NCBI GenBank assembly: GCA_039201605.1
Contig: JBCCRO010000005.1
Coordinates: forward strand, 128,489 to 192,488
Length of the DNA stretch: 64,000 bases
Direction: 5' to 3'
From: Actinomycetota bacterium
GTDB taxonomy: Bacteria > Actinomycetota > Acidimicrobiia > Acidimicrobiales > SZUA-35
In this document: positions 51,400 to 60,918 of the stretch, in pieces
Layout: every line of letters begins with the position of its first letter
How positions within the stretch are numbered: the first letter of the stretch is position 1
Translations under genes and position numbers: made by a program
Notes under the pieces: model-generated
Seen by the model: only the letters and a program-made list of their open reading frames with translations
Databases searched by the model: none
Told to the model about the DNA's origin: nothing

Positions 51400-51641
51400 G
51401 GCGGACTCCTTGGGTCGCCGCCGCTCACGGTCGAGCGACGCTGTGCCCACCATCACCCGGCAGGGGGACGGCCCGAATCGCCCGATCGTGGCCTTCGGGG
51501 TCATCCAAAGGTCGTAGTCGTGCGCCCTTCAGGGGTGCCGGCGGCGGCGCCATCGTGGTCGGCCGGAGGTCCGCCCTGGATGTCGACCACGATGAGGACG
51601 GGGTTGCCCTCGATCAGGGCGCGTCGGGGCACGGGCCGGGC

Positions 51642-53678
51642 TCAGGCACTGCGGCGGCCGGTGATCAGCTTCCGCTTGTGCTCGATGAAATCGACGAGCA
51701 CGTAGTCGCCCAGGGTCTCGGGGCTGGTGAAGAAGGCCCGACCCTGGTTGAGCTCGGTGAGCCGCTCGACGAAACCCCGGAGGCCCGAGTCGGGGTCGAG
51801 CATGAAGGTGTTGATCGTGATGCCGGCCCGGGTGCAGCGCATCACCTCGGCCAGCGTGTGCTCCACCGTCTCGCGCGTCGGCGGGTAGTTGAAGAAGGGC
51901 TGGCCGTTGGGCAGCAGGTGGGCGGTGGGCTCACCGTCGGTGATCATGATGATCTGCTTGGTGCCGGTCTCCCGGGCCAGCATGCTGCGGCTCAGCTGGA
52001 AGGCGTGCTGCATGTTGGTGCCGTAGACGAAATCCCACGACACCTCGGGCAGATCGGCCGGCTTCAGCTCCTTGGCCACCTCGGAGAAGCTCACGATCCC
52101 CAGGTAGTCGCGGGGGAACTGCGACGAGATCAGCGAGTGCAACGCCATCGCCACCTTCTTGGCCGGGAGGAAGTTGTCCCGCATCGGCATCGACAGCGAG
52201 AGGTCGAGCATCAGCACCGTGCTCGACCGGACCTGGCGCTCGGTTCGCTCGACCTCGAAGTCGTCCGGGGTGAGCCGCACCGGGGTACCGCCCCCTGAGC
52301 GTTGGACGGCGTTGCGCACCGTGCGCTCGATGTGAAGGTTGAACGGGTCGCCGAACTCGTACGGCTTGGTGTCGTAGTTGCGCTCGTGGCCGGCCCCGGA
52401 CTGCTCGATGTCGTGCTTGCCGATCTTGTCGGGGCTCAGCTTGGAGAACAGATCGCCCAGGGCCTGCTGGCCGAGGCGGCGCAGGCCCCGCGGCGTCAGC
52501 TCCATCCGGCCGTCCTTGGTCTGGATGAGGCCGGCGTCCTCCATCTGCTGGGCCAACTCGCTGATGCGCTGGATGCTCTCGGCGCTCTCCTCACCGAGGA
52601 GGCGCTCCACCTGCTCCAGATCGACCTCGGCCAGGGCCTGAGGCGAGCTGCCCTGCTGGAGGAACTGCTCCAGCTGATCGATCTGCCCGAGCTCCTGCAG
52701 CATCTGCGAGGCGTCGGCGAAGCCGAGGGGGTCGAAGCCGCTGAAGTCGTAGCTCTGACCCCAGCCCATGTCGGGGAACAGGCCCTGCAGGTTCTGACCC
52801 AGCCGGCTGGCCTCGAAGTTGAGGTCCATGTCCTCGAGGAGCTGGCTCGACAGGTCCTGGAGCTGCTGACGCTGCTCGGGCGTCATCGAGTTGAGCATGG
52901 CCTGCATGGCCGCCATCTGCTGGGCCATCTGCTCCAACAGCTCGTCGAGGGTCTGCGGGTTGCCGGGGAAGAAGTCGCCGTACTCCTCCATGAAGGCCTC
53001 GAAGTCCGGCTCCTCACCCCGCTCCCGCTGCTCGAGCATGTTGTTGAGCTCGGCCATCATGTCCTTCATGCGGGCCATGTCCTCGGGCGACATGTTCTCC
53101 ATGGCCCCGGCCATCTGGTTGAACTGCTGCTCCATCAGCTGCTGGCGGAGCTGATCGAGGAGATCGTCGAAGCGCTGTTGGGCCTCGTTCGACTCGAACT
53201 CGTAGTCCTGCAGGCCGCGCACCCGGCCCGCCAGGTCGTCGGGGAGTAGGTCGAGCTGCATCGACTTGTTGGTCGTGGTCTCCTTGGCCAGCTCGGCGTT
53301 GCGCTGGGCCTCCGACGAGGCGTCGGGATCGCCCAGCTCCATGTCGGCCAGGGCGTTTCGATCGTCCAGGGCCTGACGCTCCTGATCGGTCAGCTCCCGC
53401 AACTCCTGGTTGATCTCGTCGTAGACGCCGCCGAGGTCGTGGTTCTCCAGGCGCTCCCGCCGCTCCTGCCGGAGCTGCTCCAACATCTCCCGCAGGCCCT
53501 GGATCCGCTCGCCGTTGCGATCCTCGAATCCCTCCTGCATCAATCGACGCAGGGCTGCCATCGGGTCGCCGTGGTACATCAGGTCGTCGGTCAGCTCCGA
53601 GAGGACATCGAAGGCGTCGAAATCGAAGCCCTTCTGACTGCCGTCCCACCGTGAGTAGCGATATCGCTGTCCGACCAT
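51642..53678 (-). CDS. VWA-domain protein (partner type of ChlI/MoxR-like AAA ATPases)
   Basis: The N-terminus MVGQRYRYSRWDGSQ is followed by a long Glu/Gln-rich helical region. A C-terminal VWA follows, with MIDAS-like VLMLDLSLSM and IIMITDGEPT. Confidence 0.85.
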   Translation of the reverse strand: MVGQRYRYSRWDGSQKGFDFDAFDVLSELTDDLMYHGDPMAALRRLMQEGFEDRNGERIQGLREMLEQLRQERRERLENHDLGGVYDEINQELRELTDQERQALDDRNALADMELGDPDASSEAQRNAELAKETTTNKSMQLDLLPDDLAGRVRGLQDYEFESNEAQQRFDDLLDQLRQQLMEQQFNQMAGAMENMSPEDMARMKDMMAELNNMLEQRERGEEPDFEAFMEEYGDFFPGNPQTLDELLEQMAQQMAAMQAMLNSMTPEQRQQLQDLSSQLLEDMDLNFEASRLGQNLQGLFPDMGWGQSYDFSGFDPLGFADASQMLQELGQIDQLEQFLQQGSSPQALAEVDLEQVERLLGEESAESIQRISELAQQMEDAGLIQTKDGRMELTPRGLRRLGQQALGDLFSKLSPDKIGKHDIEQSGAGHERNYDTKPYEFGDPFNLHIERTVRNAVQRSGGGTPVRLTPDDFEVERTERQVRSSTVLMLDLSLSMPMRDNFLPAKKVAMALHSLISSQFPRDYLGIVSFSEVAKELKPADLPEVSWDFVYGTNMQHAFQLSRSMLARETGTKQIIMITDGEPTAHLLPNGQPFFNYPPTRETVEHTLAEVMRCTRAGITINTFMLDPDSGLRGFVERLTELNQGRAFFTSPETLGDYVLVDFIEHKRKLITGRRSA

Positions 53679-53786
53679 CCACCAAGCCTAGGACACCCGT
53701 CTCGACGGCGTGGAGCCCGCCTCCGCCGACCGCGGACTCCCGAGGCTCGGGTCGACCCGCCGGGTGGGCCCGACGGTGGCCATACT

Positions 53787-55223
53787 GTGCCGGTGACTTC
53801 GCTGGACGCGGTGGTGATCGGATCGGGACCCAACGGGCTGGCGGCCGCCGTCACCCTGGCGCTGGCCGGTCGGTCGGTGACCGTCTACGAGGGTTCCGAG
53901 CACCTGGGCGGCGGCCTGTGTTCGACGTCGCTGGCCGAGGAGGGCTACCTCCACGACCTGTGCGCCTCGGTCCATCCGCTGGGGGTGGCGTCGCCCTTCT
54001 TCCGGTCGCTCACCGACCAGGGCCATCTGAGCGAAGACCTGTGGCGCTACGCCGAGGTGGAGTTCGCCCAGCCGCTCGACGGGGGCGACGCCGCGGTGGC
54101 CCGGGCCGACCTCGAGGAGACGGTCGCCGCCTTCTCCCCCACCGGCGCCGCCCGCTACCGCCGGCTGGTGGCCCCCGTCACCGCCGACCTCGATCGGCTC
54201 CTCCCCGAGATCCTGCGGCCCGTCGTCGGCCGCCCCGCCGCCGTCGCCCCCCTGGTCGGCCTGGGCCTGCGGGCGCCGTGGCCCTTCACCTGGCTGGCCC
54301 GGGCCATGGGCGACGAGAAGGTGGCGGCGCTGCTGTCGGGCTGCGCCGCCCATTCGATCATGGCCCTCAACCGACCGGCGACGTCGGCCTTCGCCACCCT
54401 GTTCGCCGCCACCGCCCACGGCCGTCGTTGGCCCCTGGTGGCCGGGGGCTCGGGTCGGCTCGCCGCCGACCTGGCCCGCATCGTCACCGACAACGGCGGC
54501 CGGATCGAGCTCGGCCACCGGGTCTCGTCGCTGGCGGCCCTGCCCGAGCACCGGGTGGCCCTGTTCGACACCAACCCGGCGCAGATCACCGAGATCGCCG
54601 GACCGGCGCTGCCCGAGTCCGATCGCCGCCGCTTCGGCGCCTTCAAACACGGCCCCGGTGTGTTCAAGATCGACTACACCCTCGACGAGCCGGTGCCCTG
54701 GACCAACCCCGACTGCCGCCAGGCCCTGACCCTGCACGTCGGCGGCCCGGCGGGCGAGGTGGTGGCCTCGGAGACGGCCATGGCCTCGGGCCGGCACGCC
54801 GAGCGGCCCTTCGTCCTCGCCGTGCAGCCGACGGTGGTCGACCCGACCCGGGCCCCCGAGGGCAAGCACGTGTTCTGGGCCTACTGCCACGTGCCCGCCT
54901 ACTCGGCCGTGGACATGACCGACGCCATCGAGGATCAGATCGAGCGCTTCGCCCCCGGCTTCCGCGACGTCGTCCGCACCCGCACCACGTCGGACTGCGC
55001 CGATCTCGAGGCCCGCAACCCCAACCTGGTCGGTGGCGACATCGGCGGCGGCTCGCTGGCGGGGGCCCAGCTCGTGCTCCGCCCCTCCCCCACCCTGCGC
55101 CCCTACGAGACCGACAACCCCGCCCTGCTCCTCTGCTCGGCGTCGTCGCCGCCGGGCGCCGGCGTGCACGGCATGGCCGGTCATCAGGCGGCCAGGCGAG
55201 CCCTGGCCACCGTCCTGGTCTAG
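53787..55223 (+). CDS. phytoene-desaturase-family NAD(P)/FAD-dependent oxidoreductase
   Basis: DAVVIGSGPNGLAAAVTLALAGRSVTVYEGSEHLGGG dinucleotide-binding motif and C-terminal GAGVHGMAG. GTG start. Confidence 0.85.
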   Translation: MPVTSLDAVVIGSGPNGLAAAVTLALAGRSVTVYEGSEHLGGGLCSTSLAEEGYLHDLCASVHPLGVASPFFRSLTDQGHLSEDLWRYAEVEFAQPLDGGDAAVARADLEETVAAFSPTGAARYRRLVAPVTADLDRLLPEILRPVVGRPAAVAPLVGLGLRAPWPFTWLARAMGDEKVAALLSGCAAHSIMALNRPATSAFATLFAATAHGRRWPLVAGGSGRLAADLARIVTDNGGRIELGHRVSSLAALPEHRVALFDTNPAQITEIAGPALPESDRRRFGAFKHGPGVFKIDYTLDEPVPWTNPDCRQALTLHVGGPAGEVVASETAMASGRHAERPFVLAVQPTVVDPTRAPEGKHVFWAYCHVPAYSAVDMTDAIEDQIERFAPGFRDVVRTRTTSDCADLEARNPNLVGGDIGGGSLAGAQLVLRPSPTLRPYETDNPALLLCSASSPPGAGVHGMAGHQAARRALATVLV

Positions 55224-55369
55224 CCGGAGCCGGGCCGGCGTTGTCGGCACCGGCGCACGCCACGGAGACAGCCCCCAGGCCACGCCCCTGACCAGGGAAA
55301 ATGTGATCTTCCCCCGACGTGTCGACGCCGGGAAGGTTCGGGGAAGGCCGGTCGCCCATCGTGGGCGGC

Positions 55370-55918
55370 ATGCCACACACCAACGACACGGTCACACCGA
55401 CCGACACCGATGACCGACACTTCGGTGGGACGGCCGCCAGCGATCTCCCGGTCGACCTGGACGAGCTGCGCCACGAGGTCCAGGTCAAATACGCCGCCGT
55501 CGCCACCGACCCCGACGACGACTACCACTTCCACACCGGGCGCCCCATCGCCGAGCGCTGCCGCTACGACGCCGAGGCGCTCGACGGCCTGCCGCCTGAG
55601 GCCATCGAGTCGTTCCCCGGGGTGGCCAACCCCTTCGAGCTGCGCGACCTGGCCGCCGCCGAACGGGTGGTCGACCTCGGCTCGGGGGCGGGGATGGACT
55701 CGTTCCTCGCCGCCAACGCCGTCGGCCCCGACGGCTACGTCGTCGGTGTCGACATGACCCCGGCCATGCTGACCAAAGCCCGGGCCATGGCGACGGCGAT
55801 GGAGCTCGACGACCGGATGGAGTTCTGCGAGGCCACCTGGGCCAAGGGAGCCGAGGTGGCCGGGGCCCCGTCGGTGTATGAGTACACCGACGGCGGCGCC
55901 CTGATCTTCAACTACTGA
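55370..55918 (+). CDS. class I SAM-methyltransferase-like protein, C-terminally short (ArsM/UbiE-like N-terminal half only)
   Basis: Motif I VVDLGSGAGMDS and motif post-I VVGVDMTPAML are present. The ORF ends about 55 aa later, without the usual motifs II-III. GC3 stays high to the stop. Confidence 0.55.
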   Translation: MPHTNDTVTPTDTDDRHFGGTAASDLPVDLDELRHEVQVKYAAVATDPDDDYHFHTGRPIAERCRYDAEALDGLPPEAIESFPGVANPFELRDLAAAERVVDLGSGAGMDSFLAANAVGPDGYVVGVDMTPAMLTKARAMATAMELDDRMEFCEATWAKGAEVAGAPSVYEYTDGGALIFNY

Positions 55919-55943
55919 GCGAGGTCGGCCTCCAGCCGACGAC

Positions 55944-55979
55944 GGATCGTCCCTGGGGAGGTCTTCCCGGGGACGATCC
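55944..55979. terminator. bidirectional hairpin between convergent genes
   Basis: GGATCGTCCC-N16-GGGACGATCC, a 10-bp stem. A second small hairpin GTCGGC/GCCGAC lies at 55924-55940. Confidence 0.5.
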
Positions 55980-56004
55980 CCATCCGGCGGAGGTCGTGTA
56001 CCGG

Positions 56005-57549
56005 CTACCGGAAGAAGGAGAGCACGTCGCCCTCGACCTGGCGACCGAGGGAACCGACGCCCGGGTTGATCCCGAGATCGTCCACCGAGTCACAGTCCCC
56101 GATCGCACCGTCGACCACGTAGTCGTCCATCCACGCCGGGCGGGGGAACGTATCGTGCTCGGCGACGACCGTCCCGGCGAGATCGATCACCCGGGCGTAG
56201 AAGCACGCCCCCTGGCGCCAGGTCATGAACACCTCGAGGTTGGTGCCGTCGCTGGTGACATGGCCGAAGTACTCCCACTCGGGTCCGACCAGCTCCGCCT
56301 CATGGGTGGCCACGACGATGATCTCGTCGGTGGTCAGATCGACGGCGACGATGCTGTTGACGAAGTCGTTCTCCGTCGCCTGGAACTCGGTCAGGAGCAG
56401 ATAGGTGGCGCCGTCGATGGTGACGATGTCGGTCAGCCATCGCTGGACGCCGGTGAAGTCGGCCCCGAGATCGTCGAACGCCTCGTAGAGGACCACCTCG
56501 GTGCCGTCGGCCCGTCGGTGCACGAGCGCACCGTCGACGTCGAGCAACGAGCCGCCCAACGTGTCGCCCATCTCTGTGGCCCGGGGAGGCGGCTCGGCGT
56601 CGGCCAGTGGATCGGCGAGGATGTCGATGCCGTCGAGGAGCAGATTGAGGTCGTTGAGGCGATCGGCGTCGGCGTACCGGCCGAGCACGGTCTCGCCGCC
56701 ACCGAGGTCAACCCAGTCGCCGAGCGTGACGCACGGACCGGGCAACTCGCCCGGCCCGGCAGAGGTTGGGTCCCAGCCGTCCAGCCAGTCGGGGGCGGGG
56801 ACAGCCTCGGCCACGCCCGGGACCGAGGCACCGTCGAGGGTGATCGTCTCGGTGTAGTAGCACTCGCCCTGCCACAGCTCCCGGGCCACGAGCAGCTGTG
56901 CACCGTCGGTGGTGACATGGCTGTTGTAGATCCAGCTCGGTGTCTCGGGGGCCACATCCCGTTCCTCGACCACGATCACCTCATCGGTGGTGAGATCGAC
57001 GGCCAGGATCGACACCACGAATAGCTCGCCGTCGCCGAACTCGAACCGGTCGATGAACAGATACGGGCGGCCGTCGATCGGGGCCACGTCGGTCACTCGG
57101 ACATTCGGGTCCAAGTCGGCGAACAACACGGTGGTGGTCCCGTCGGCCCGATGATGCACCAGCGAGGTGCCGTCGGCGGCCAGGGCGCCGCCCAGGCCAT
57201 CGGACAATTCTCCCGGCTGCAGCGGTCGAGGCTCGACCGGCGCCGGGTCGGGGTCGACGGTCTCCCCTGGGGGCGGTGCGGACTCCTCGGACGTCGTACC
57301 GGCGTCGGTCTCGGCCGTGGCGTCGGCCTCGCCCGGGGCGGCGACGTCGGTACCGCCTCGGTCGTCGACGGCGGCCGCGATGGCCGCCCCTCCGACGCCG
57401 CACAGGGCGAGGGCGGCGACGAACGCCACCCGACCCGCTGTCCGACGCCGGCGGCGGCGCTGATCGCCGCGGGCCCTGATGGCGTCGAGGTCGGGGAGAT
57501 CTTCCGAGCCGACGACCGGGAGCTCCTGTAGTCGCTGTTCGAGGGTCAT
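56005..57549 (-). CDS. membrane anti-sigma-like protein with internally duplicated extracytoplasmic domain
   Basis: ATG at 57549 overlaps the sigma stop (ATGA). Single TM (VAFVAALALCGVGGAAIAAAV). Two homologous modules of ~150 aa (LVHHRADGTTTVLF / LVHRRADGTEVVLY; SILAVDLTTDEVIVVEE / SIVAVDLTTDEIIVVAT; HVTTDGAQLLVARELWQGECYY / HVTSDGTNLEVFMTWRQGACFY). Confidence 0.7.
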   Translation of the reverse strand: MTLEQRLQELPVVGSEDLPDLDAIRARGDQRRRRRRTAGRVAFVAALALCGVGGAAIAAAVDDRGGTDVAAPGEADATAETDAGTTSEESAPPPGETVDPDPAPVEPRPLQPGELSDGLGGALAADGTSLVHHRADGTTTVLFADLDPNVRVTDVAPIDGRPYLFIDRFEFGDGELFVVSILAVDLTTDEVIVVEERDVAPETPSWIYNSHVTTDGAQLLVARELWQGECYYTETITLDGASVPGVAEAVPAPDWLDGWDPTSAGPGELPGPCVTLGDWVDLGGGETVLGRYADADRLNDLNLLLDGIDILADPLADAEPPPRATEMGDTLGGSLLDVDGALVHRRADGTEVVLYEAFDDLGADFTGVQRWLTDIVTIDGATYLLLTEFQATENDFVNSIVAVDLTTDEIIVVATHEAELVGPEWEYFGHVTSDGTNLEVFMTWRQGACFYARVIDLAGTVVAEHDTFPRPAWMDDYVVDGAIGDCDSVDDLGINPGVGSLGRQVEGDVLSFFR

Positions 57550-58052
57550 TGTGCGTTCTCCTGCAGGGTGTGCCGCAGCTTCTCCAGCGCCCGACTGTTT
57601 CTGCTCTTGACCGTGCCCACGCTGATGCCGAGGATCTCGGCGGTCTGGGCGTCGGTGTGGCCCAGGAGGTGCCGCAGCACGATCACGGCCCGCTGTTTCA
57701 CCGGGAGGTCGTCGAGCGCCGCTTCCAGGTCGGGCTGAGGCTGGAGGTGGTAGTGGCCGGGCTGGGGCGGAAGGTGTCGGACGAGTTCCGCACCCCGGTT
57801 GGCCCGGCGCAGACGTCGACGGCCCCAGTTGAGGCCCACCCGGTAGGTCCAACCGGCGGGATTGCGATAGCCGGACACCTGATCCCAGCGCTCGAAGGCC
57901 CGGGCCATGGCTTCGTCCGCCGCCTCTCGGCCCAGGTCGCGGTCGCCGAACGACCAGATCAGGGCGTCCACCAGCGTCGAATGCTCCTGGCGGCAGAAGT
58001 CGTCGAAGGTCGAGTAGTCGACGGCACGAAACACACTTCGGCGTGTTGCCAT
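57546..58052 (-). CDS. ECF RNA polymerase sigma factor
   Basis: 168 aa from the ATG at 58052. Region 2 (GREAADEAMARAFERW, NPAGWTYRVGLN) and region 4 (QRAVIVLRHLLGHTDAQTAEILGISVGTVKSRNSRA). Confidence 0.85.
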   Translation of the reverse strand: MATRRSVFRAVDYSTFDDFCRQEHSTLVDALIWSFGDRDLGREAADEAMARAFERWDQVSGYRNPAGWTYRVGLNWGRRRLRRANRGAELVRHLPPQPGHYHLQPQPDLEAALDDLPVKQRAVIVLRHLLGHTDAQTAEILGISVGTVKSRNSRALEKLRHTLQENAQ

Positions 58053-58229
58053 CTTCTCACCTGCCCTCTCACGGGGTCTGGCCGCCCACGTCGAGAGCGA
58101 CAGAGGCGCCGGAATCGCTGCGTTCATGCCTACTAGAGCCATGAGCAGCCCAAACGGATCCAAACTCGACGAACCACGGCCCGCCGCCCCCGGGCCACCG
58201 CCGCCCCGGGCCGCCCTAGGCTTGGCGCC

Positions 58230-59441
58230 GTGGAACTCGGCGCCGTCCTGACCGCCACCGAACTCGAGGGCTGCCATCCGGCGGCCGACTGGAGCCTGTG
58301 GATCCGACGCGGTCGGGCCCCGGCCCCCGACGCCCGGGCCACCGACGCCTTCCGCACCGGGTGGGCCGACGACCTCGACCAGCTCGTTGCCCTCGGCGTC
58401 CGCTCCGTCCAGCTCACGCTCGAATGGGCGGCTCTCGAACCCCGACCCGGCCATCACGACGCTGACGCCCTGGAGGCCCGCCGCCAGATCCTGGCCGGGG
58501 CCCGGGAGCGGGGGCTGGCGGTGTGGGGGTGCCTGGTCGACGGCACCCTCCCGGGCTGGTTCGCCGACGACGAGGGCGGCTTCAGCGACGACCGCGGCCG
58601 CAACCTGCTGTGGCCGCGCCACATCGATTGGGTCGGCGAGCACCTGGGCGATCTGGTCGACGGCTGGGTGCCCCAGCGGGAGGGCATCGCCTGGGCCCTG
58701 CGTCGACACCTGCTGGGCGAGGCACCACCCGGCGGGAGGGACGTGAAGACGGCGGCGGAGGCGGTCCGGGCCGCCGTCCTGGCCGACGGCGAGGCGTGGC
58801 GCCTGCTGCAGGGCACGGCGCCGGTCGCCACCTACCAGACGGTTCGCCCGATCCGGGCCACCGCCGACGACGTCAAGGCCGCACCCCGGGCCGCCGGGTT
58901 GGAGGCCCTGCTGTGGCAGCCGTGGCTCACCGCCCTCACCTCCGGTCGGCTCGCCGTCGGCGATCTACCGGTGCGGGACACCCCGCACCTGCGCGGCGCC
59001 TTCGACCGGGTGATCGTCGAGGTCCGACCGGGTGTCGAGGTCGACGGCGACGGGCGGTGGCACCCCTTCCCGGCCGACGGCCGCCGGGGCCCCACCGGTT
59101 GGGTGGCCTGGCCCGAGGTGATGGCCGAGGCCCTCCACCGGGCCGTCGAGGAGCTCCCCGACCGCCCCATCGTGGCCGCCGGAAGCCTGGCCGACGTGGC
59201 CGACGACGGGCGGGCCCGTCCCGACCATTTGCGGGCCATGCTCGACGCCGTGGCCGACCTGGGCCCGGCCGACCACGAGGCGACGACCAACGGCCTCCGG
59301 GGCTGGTGGCACACCAGCCCCATCAGCGGCTACCACTGGCGACACGGCCACGACCTGTCGCCGGGCGTCATCGACGCCGATCGGAGCGAGGCGCCCGCCG
59401 CCGAGGAGCTTCGCCGTCGAGCCCCGACGTCGAACGCCTGA
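58230..59441 (+). CDS. glycoside hydrolase family 1-like protein (divergent)
   Basis: LGAVLTATELEG, WADDLDQLVALGVRSVQLTLEWAALEP, GLAVWGCLVDGTLPGWF and WHTSPISGYHW resemble GH1 beta-glucosidase blocks, but several blocks are divergent. GTG start. Confidence 0.65.
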   Translation: MELGAVLTATELEGCHPAADWSLWIRRGRAPAPDARATDAFRTGWADDLDQLVALGVRSVQLTLEWAALEPRPGHHDADALEARRQILAGARERGLAVWGCLVDGTLPGWFADDEGGFSDDRGRNLLWPRHIDWVGEHLGDLVDGWVPQREGIAWALRRHLLGEAPPGGRDVKTAAEAVRAAVLADGEAWRLLQGTAPVATYQTVRPIRATADDVKAAPRAAGLEALLWQPWLTALTSGRLAVGDLPVRDTPHLRGAFDRVIVEVRPGVEVDGDGRWHPFPADGRRGPTGWVAWPEVMAEALHRAVEELPDRPIVAAGSLADVADDGRARPDHLRAMLDAVADLGPADHEATTNGLRGWWHTSPISGYHWRHGHDLSPGVIDADRSEAPAAEELRRRAPTSNA

Positions 59442-60339
59442 CCTCGGCGACGCCCCCGTCATCGACCGACTCATCATCGACCGACCGGCCACCGACCGAC
59501 TCGGTGTCGGCGGGCTCACGGTCGGGCGTCGCCGGCTGCGGCCCGACCAGGCGGCGGCGGGCTCGACCGAGCCGTCCCACCGAGTCGGCGTGGGTGTAGA
59601 CGCCGGTGCCCGGCTCGACCTGCCACTCGTGATGGGCGATGTAGTGGAAGGGCGACTCGTCGACCTGCACCAGCTCCCAACCGCGGGCCACCATCGACCG
59701 GGAGACGGCGATCTCGGCCCCGATCCATTCACCCCGGTTCGTCGGGTACGGGAATCCGTCGATGTCCTCCAGCGCCGTGCGGTGGGCGTACCAGACCTGG
59801 CCGCGCAGGTGATCACCGCCGGCGCCGGGGTCGATGCCGGAACGACGCATGAAGTCGAGATAGACGTCGATCCGGTTGGCGGGCTTGCCGTCGAGAACGT
59901 GTTCCCCGATCGGGATGTGGCCTCGGCTCTCCCGGAGCTCGTTCCACGGCGCGTTCCAGTTCTCATTGAAGCTCTCGCCCACCAGACCGACGCCCGGGCC
60001 GCAGGCGTCGGCGAAGGCCCGCAGCCAACCGCGACGGACGACGGTGCAGTCGTCCTGGAGAAACAGGAAGGCATCGTGGCGGGGTGACGTCCGCCAGCCG
60101 TGGTCCCAGGCCCCGAGGTTCATACCCCGATCGGGCTTCTCGACGCAGGTGATCCCGGCCGACCGGAGCTCGGCCACCCGGGCCCCGTCGGTGGTGTTGA
60201 CCACGACCACCCGGTCGTGGGCCAGGCCCGGGTCGTGCCGGTCCATGCTGTCGAACAGGCGCAGCACGGGCTCCACGGGTCGCTGGTCGTGATAGGCGAC
60301 GATGACCAGCGAGCGCGAGAGGGAAGATGACACCCGCAT
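59368..60339 (-). CDS. GT-A-fold glycosyltransferase-like protein
   Basis: LVIVAYHDQRP...VVVVNTTDG...FLFLQDDCTVV (DxD-like QDD). Low-complexity Arg/Asp-rich tail whose last 74 nt overlap the convergent GH1-like gene. ATG at 60339. Confidence 0.55.
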   Translation of the reverse strand: MRVSSSLSRSLVIVAYHDQRPVEPVLRLFDSMDRHDPGLAHDRVVVVNTTDGARVAELRSAGITCVEKPDRGMNLGAWDHGWRTSPRHDAFLFLQDDCTVVRRGWLRAFADACGPGVGLVGESFNENWNAPWNELRESRGHIPIGEHVLDGKPANRIDVYLDFMRRSGIDPGAGGDHLRGQVWYAHRTALEDIDGFPYPTNRGEWIGAEIAVSRSMVARGWELVQVDESPFHYIAHHEWQVEPGTGVYTHADSVGRLGRARRRLVGPQPATPDREPADTESVGGRSVDDESVDDGGVAEVRRSTSGLDGEAPRRRAPRSDRRR

Positions 60340-60439
60340 GAGTATGGACCCCGGCTGCAACCGGGGGCTCGCTCACGCGATGACAAGTGTCTTGCGTGGA
60401 TCTTCCCTGGTCAGCGGGCGATCGGGCCCGCTGCGGCCA

Positions 60440-60790
60440 TCAGCTGCCGGAGACCTCGGCCTCGATACGGGTGCCGATCCGGAGGCGATTGCCGTCGGGG
60501 TCGGTGAGCTTGATCTCCCGGGCCCAGGCCTGCTCCTCGACCTCGGCGTCGAGCTCGGAGGCCAGGGTGTCGACGTCGTCGACGAAGAGGTACACCAGCG
60601 TGTCCGGCGTGGCATCGCCGGCATGCTCCGACAGGTGCATGCGTTGCTCGTTGCGGACGATCCCGACGTAGGACGGGAACTCCGGCGAGTACCGGTGTTC
60701 GAACTCGACCTCGAAGCCGAGACGGCCATACCACTCCGCCGATCGAGCGGTGTCGGAGACCTTCAGGATGGGGACGATCTGTTCCACCAT
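60440..60790 (-). CDS. glyoxalase/bleomycin-resistance (VOC) family protein
   Basis: 116 aa from the ATG at 60790: IVPILKVSDTARSAEWYGRLGFEVEFEHR...MHLSEHAGD...REIKLTDPDGNRLRIG. Confidence 0.8.
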   Translation of the reverse strand: MVEQIVPILKVSDTARSAEWYGRLGFEVEFEHRYSPEFPSYVGIVRNEQRMHLSEHAGDATPDTLVYLFVDDVDTLASELDAEVEEQAWAREIKLTDPDGNRLRIGTRIEAEVSGS

Positions 60791-60918
60791 GGTTGTATAC
60801 CTTATCGGTTCGCCGTCCGCCGGTGCAGGGGCAAGATCACAGGCCCGAAAGGGCCGAATTACGGGTTGCCGACCGCCGTGACCAGCCGAAACCCGAGGTG
60901 GCGGCGTAGCCGCCACAC

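Noticed and set aside
59368-59441. 74-nt 3' overlap of the convergent GH1-like and GT-like genes as evidence of a frameshift or mis-assembly
   Set aside because: Both ORFs end in low-complexity tails, and in high-GC DNA the first stop codon can lie well beyond the functional C-terminus. Nothing else suggests an assembly error.
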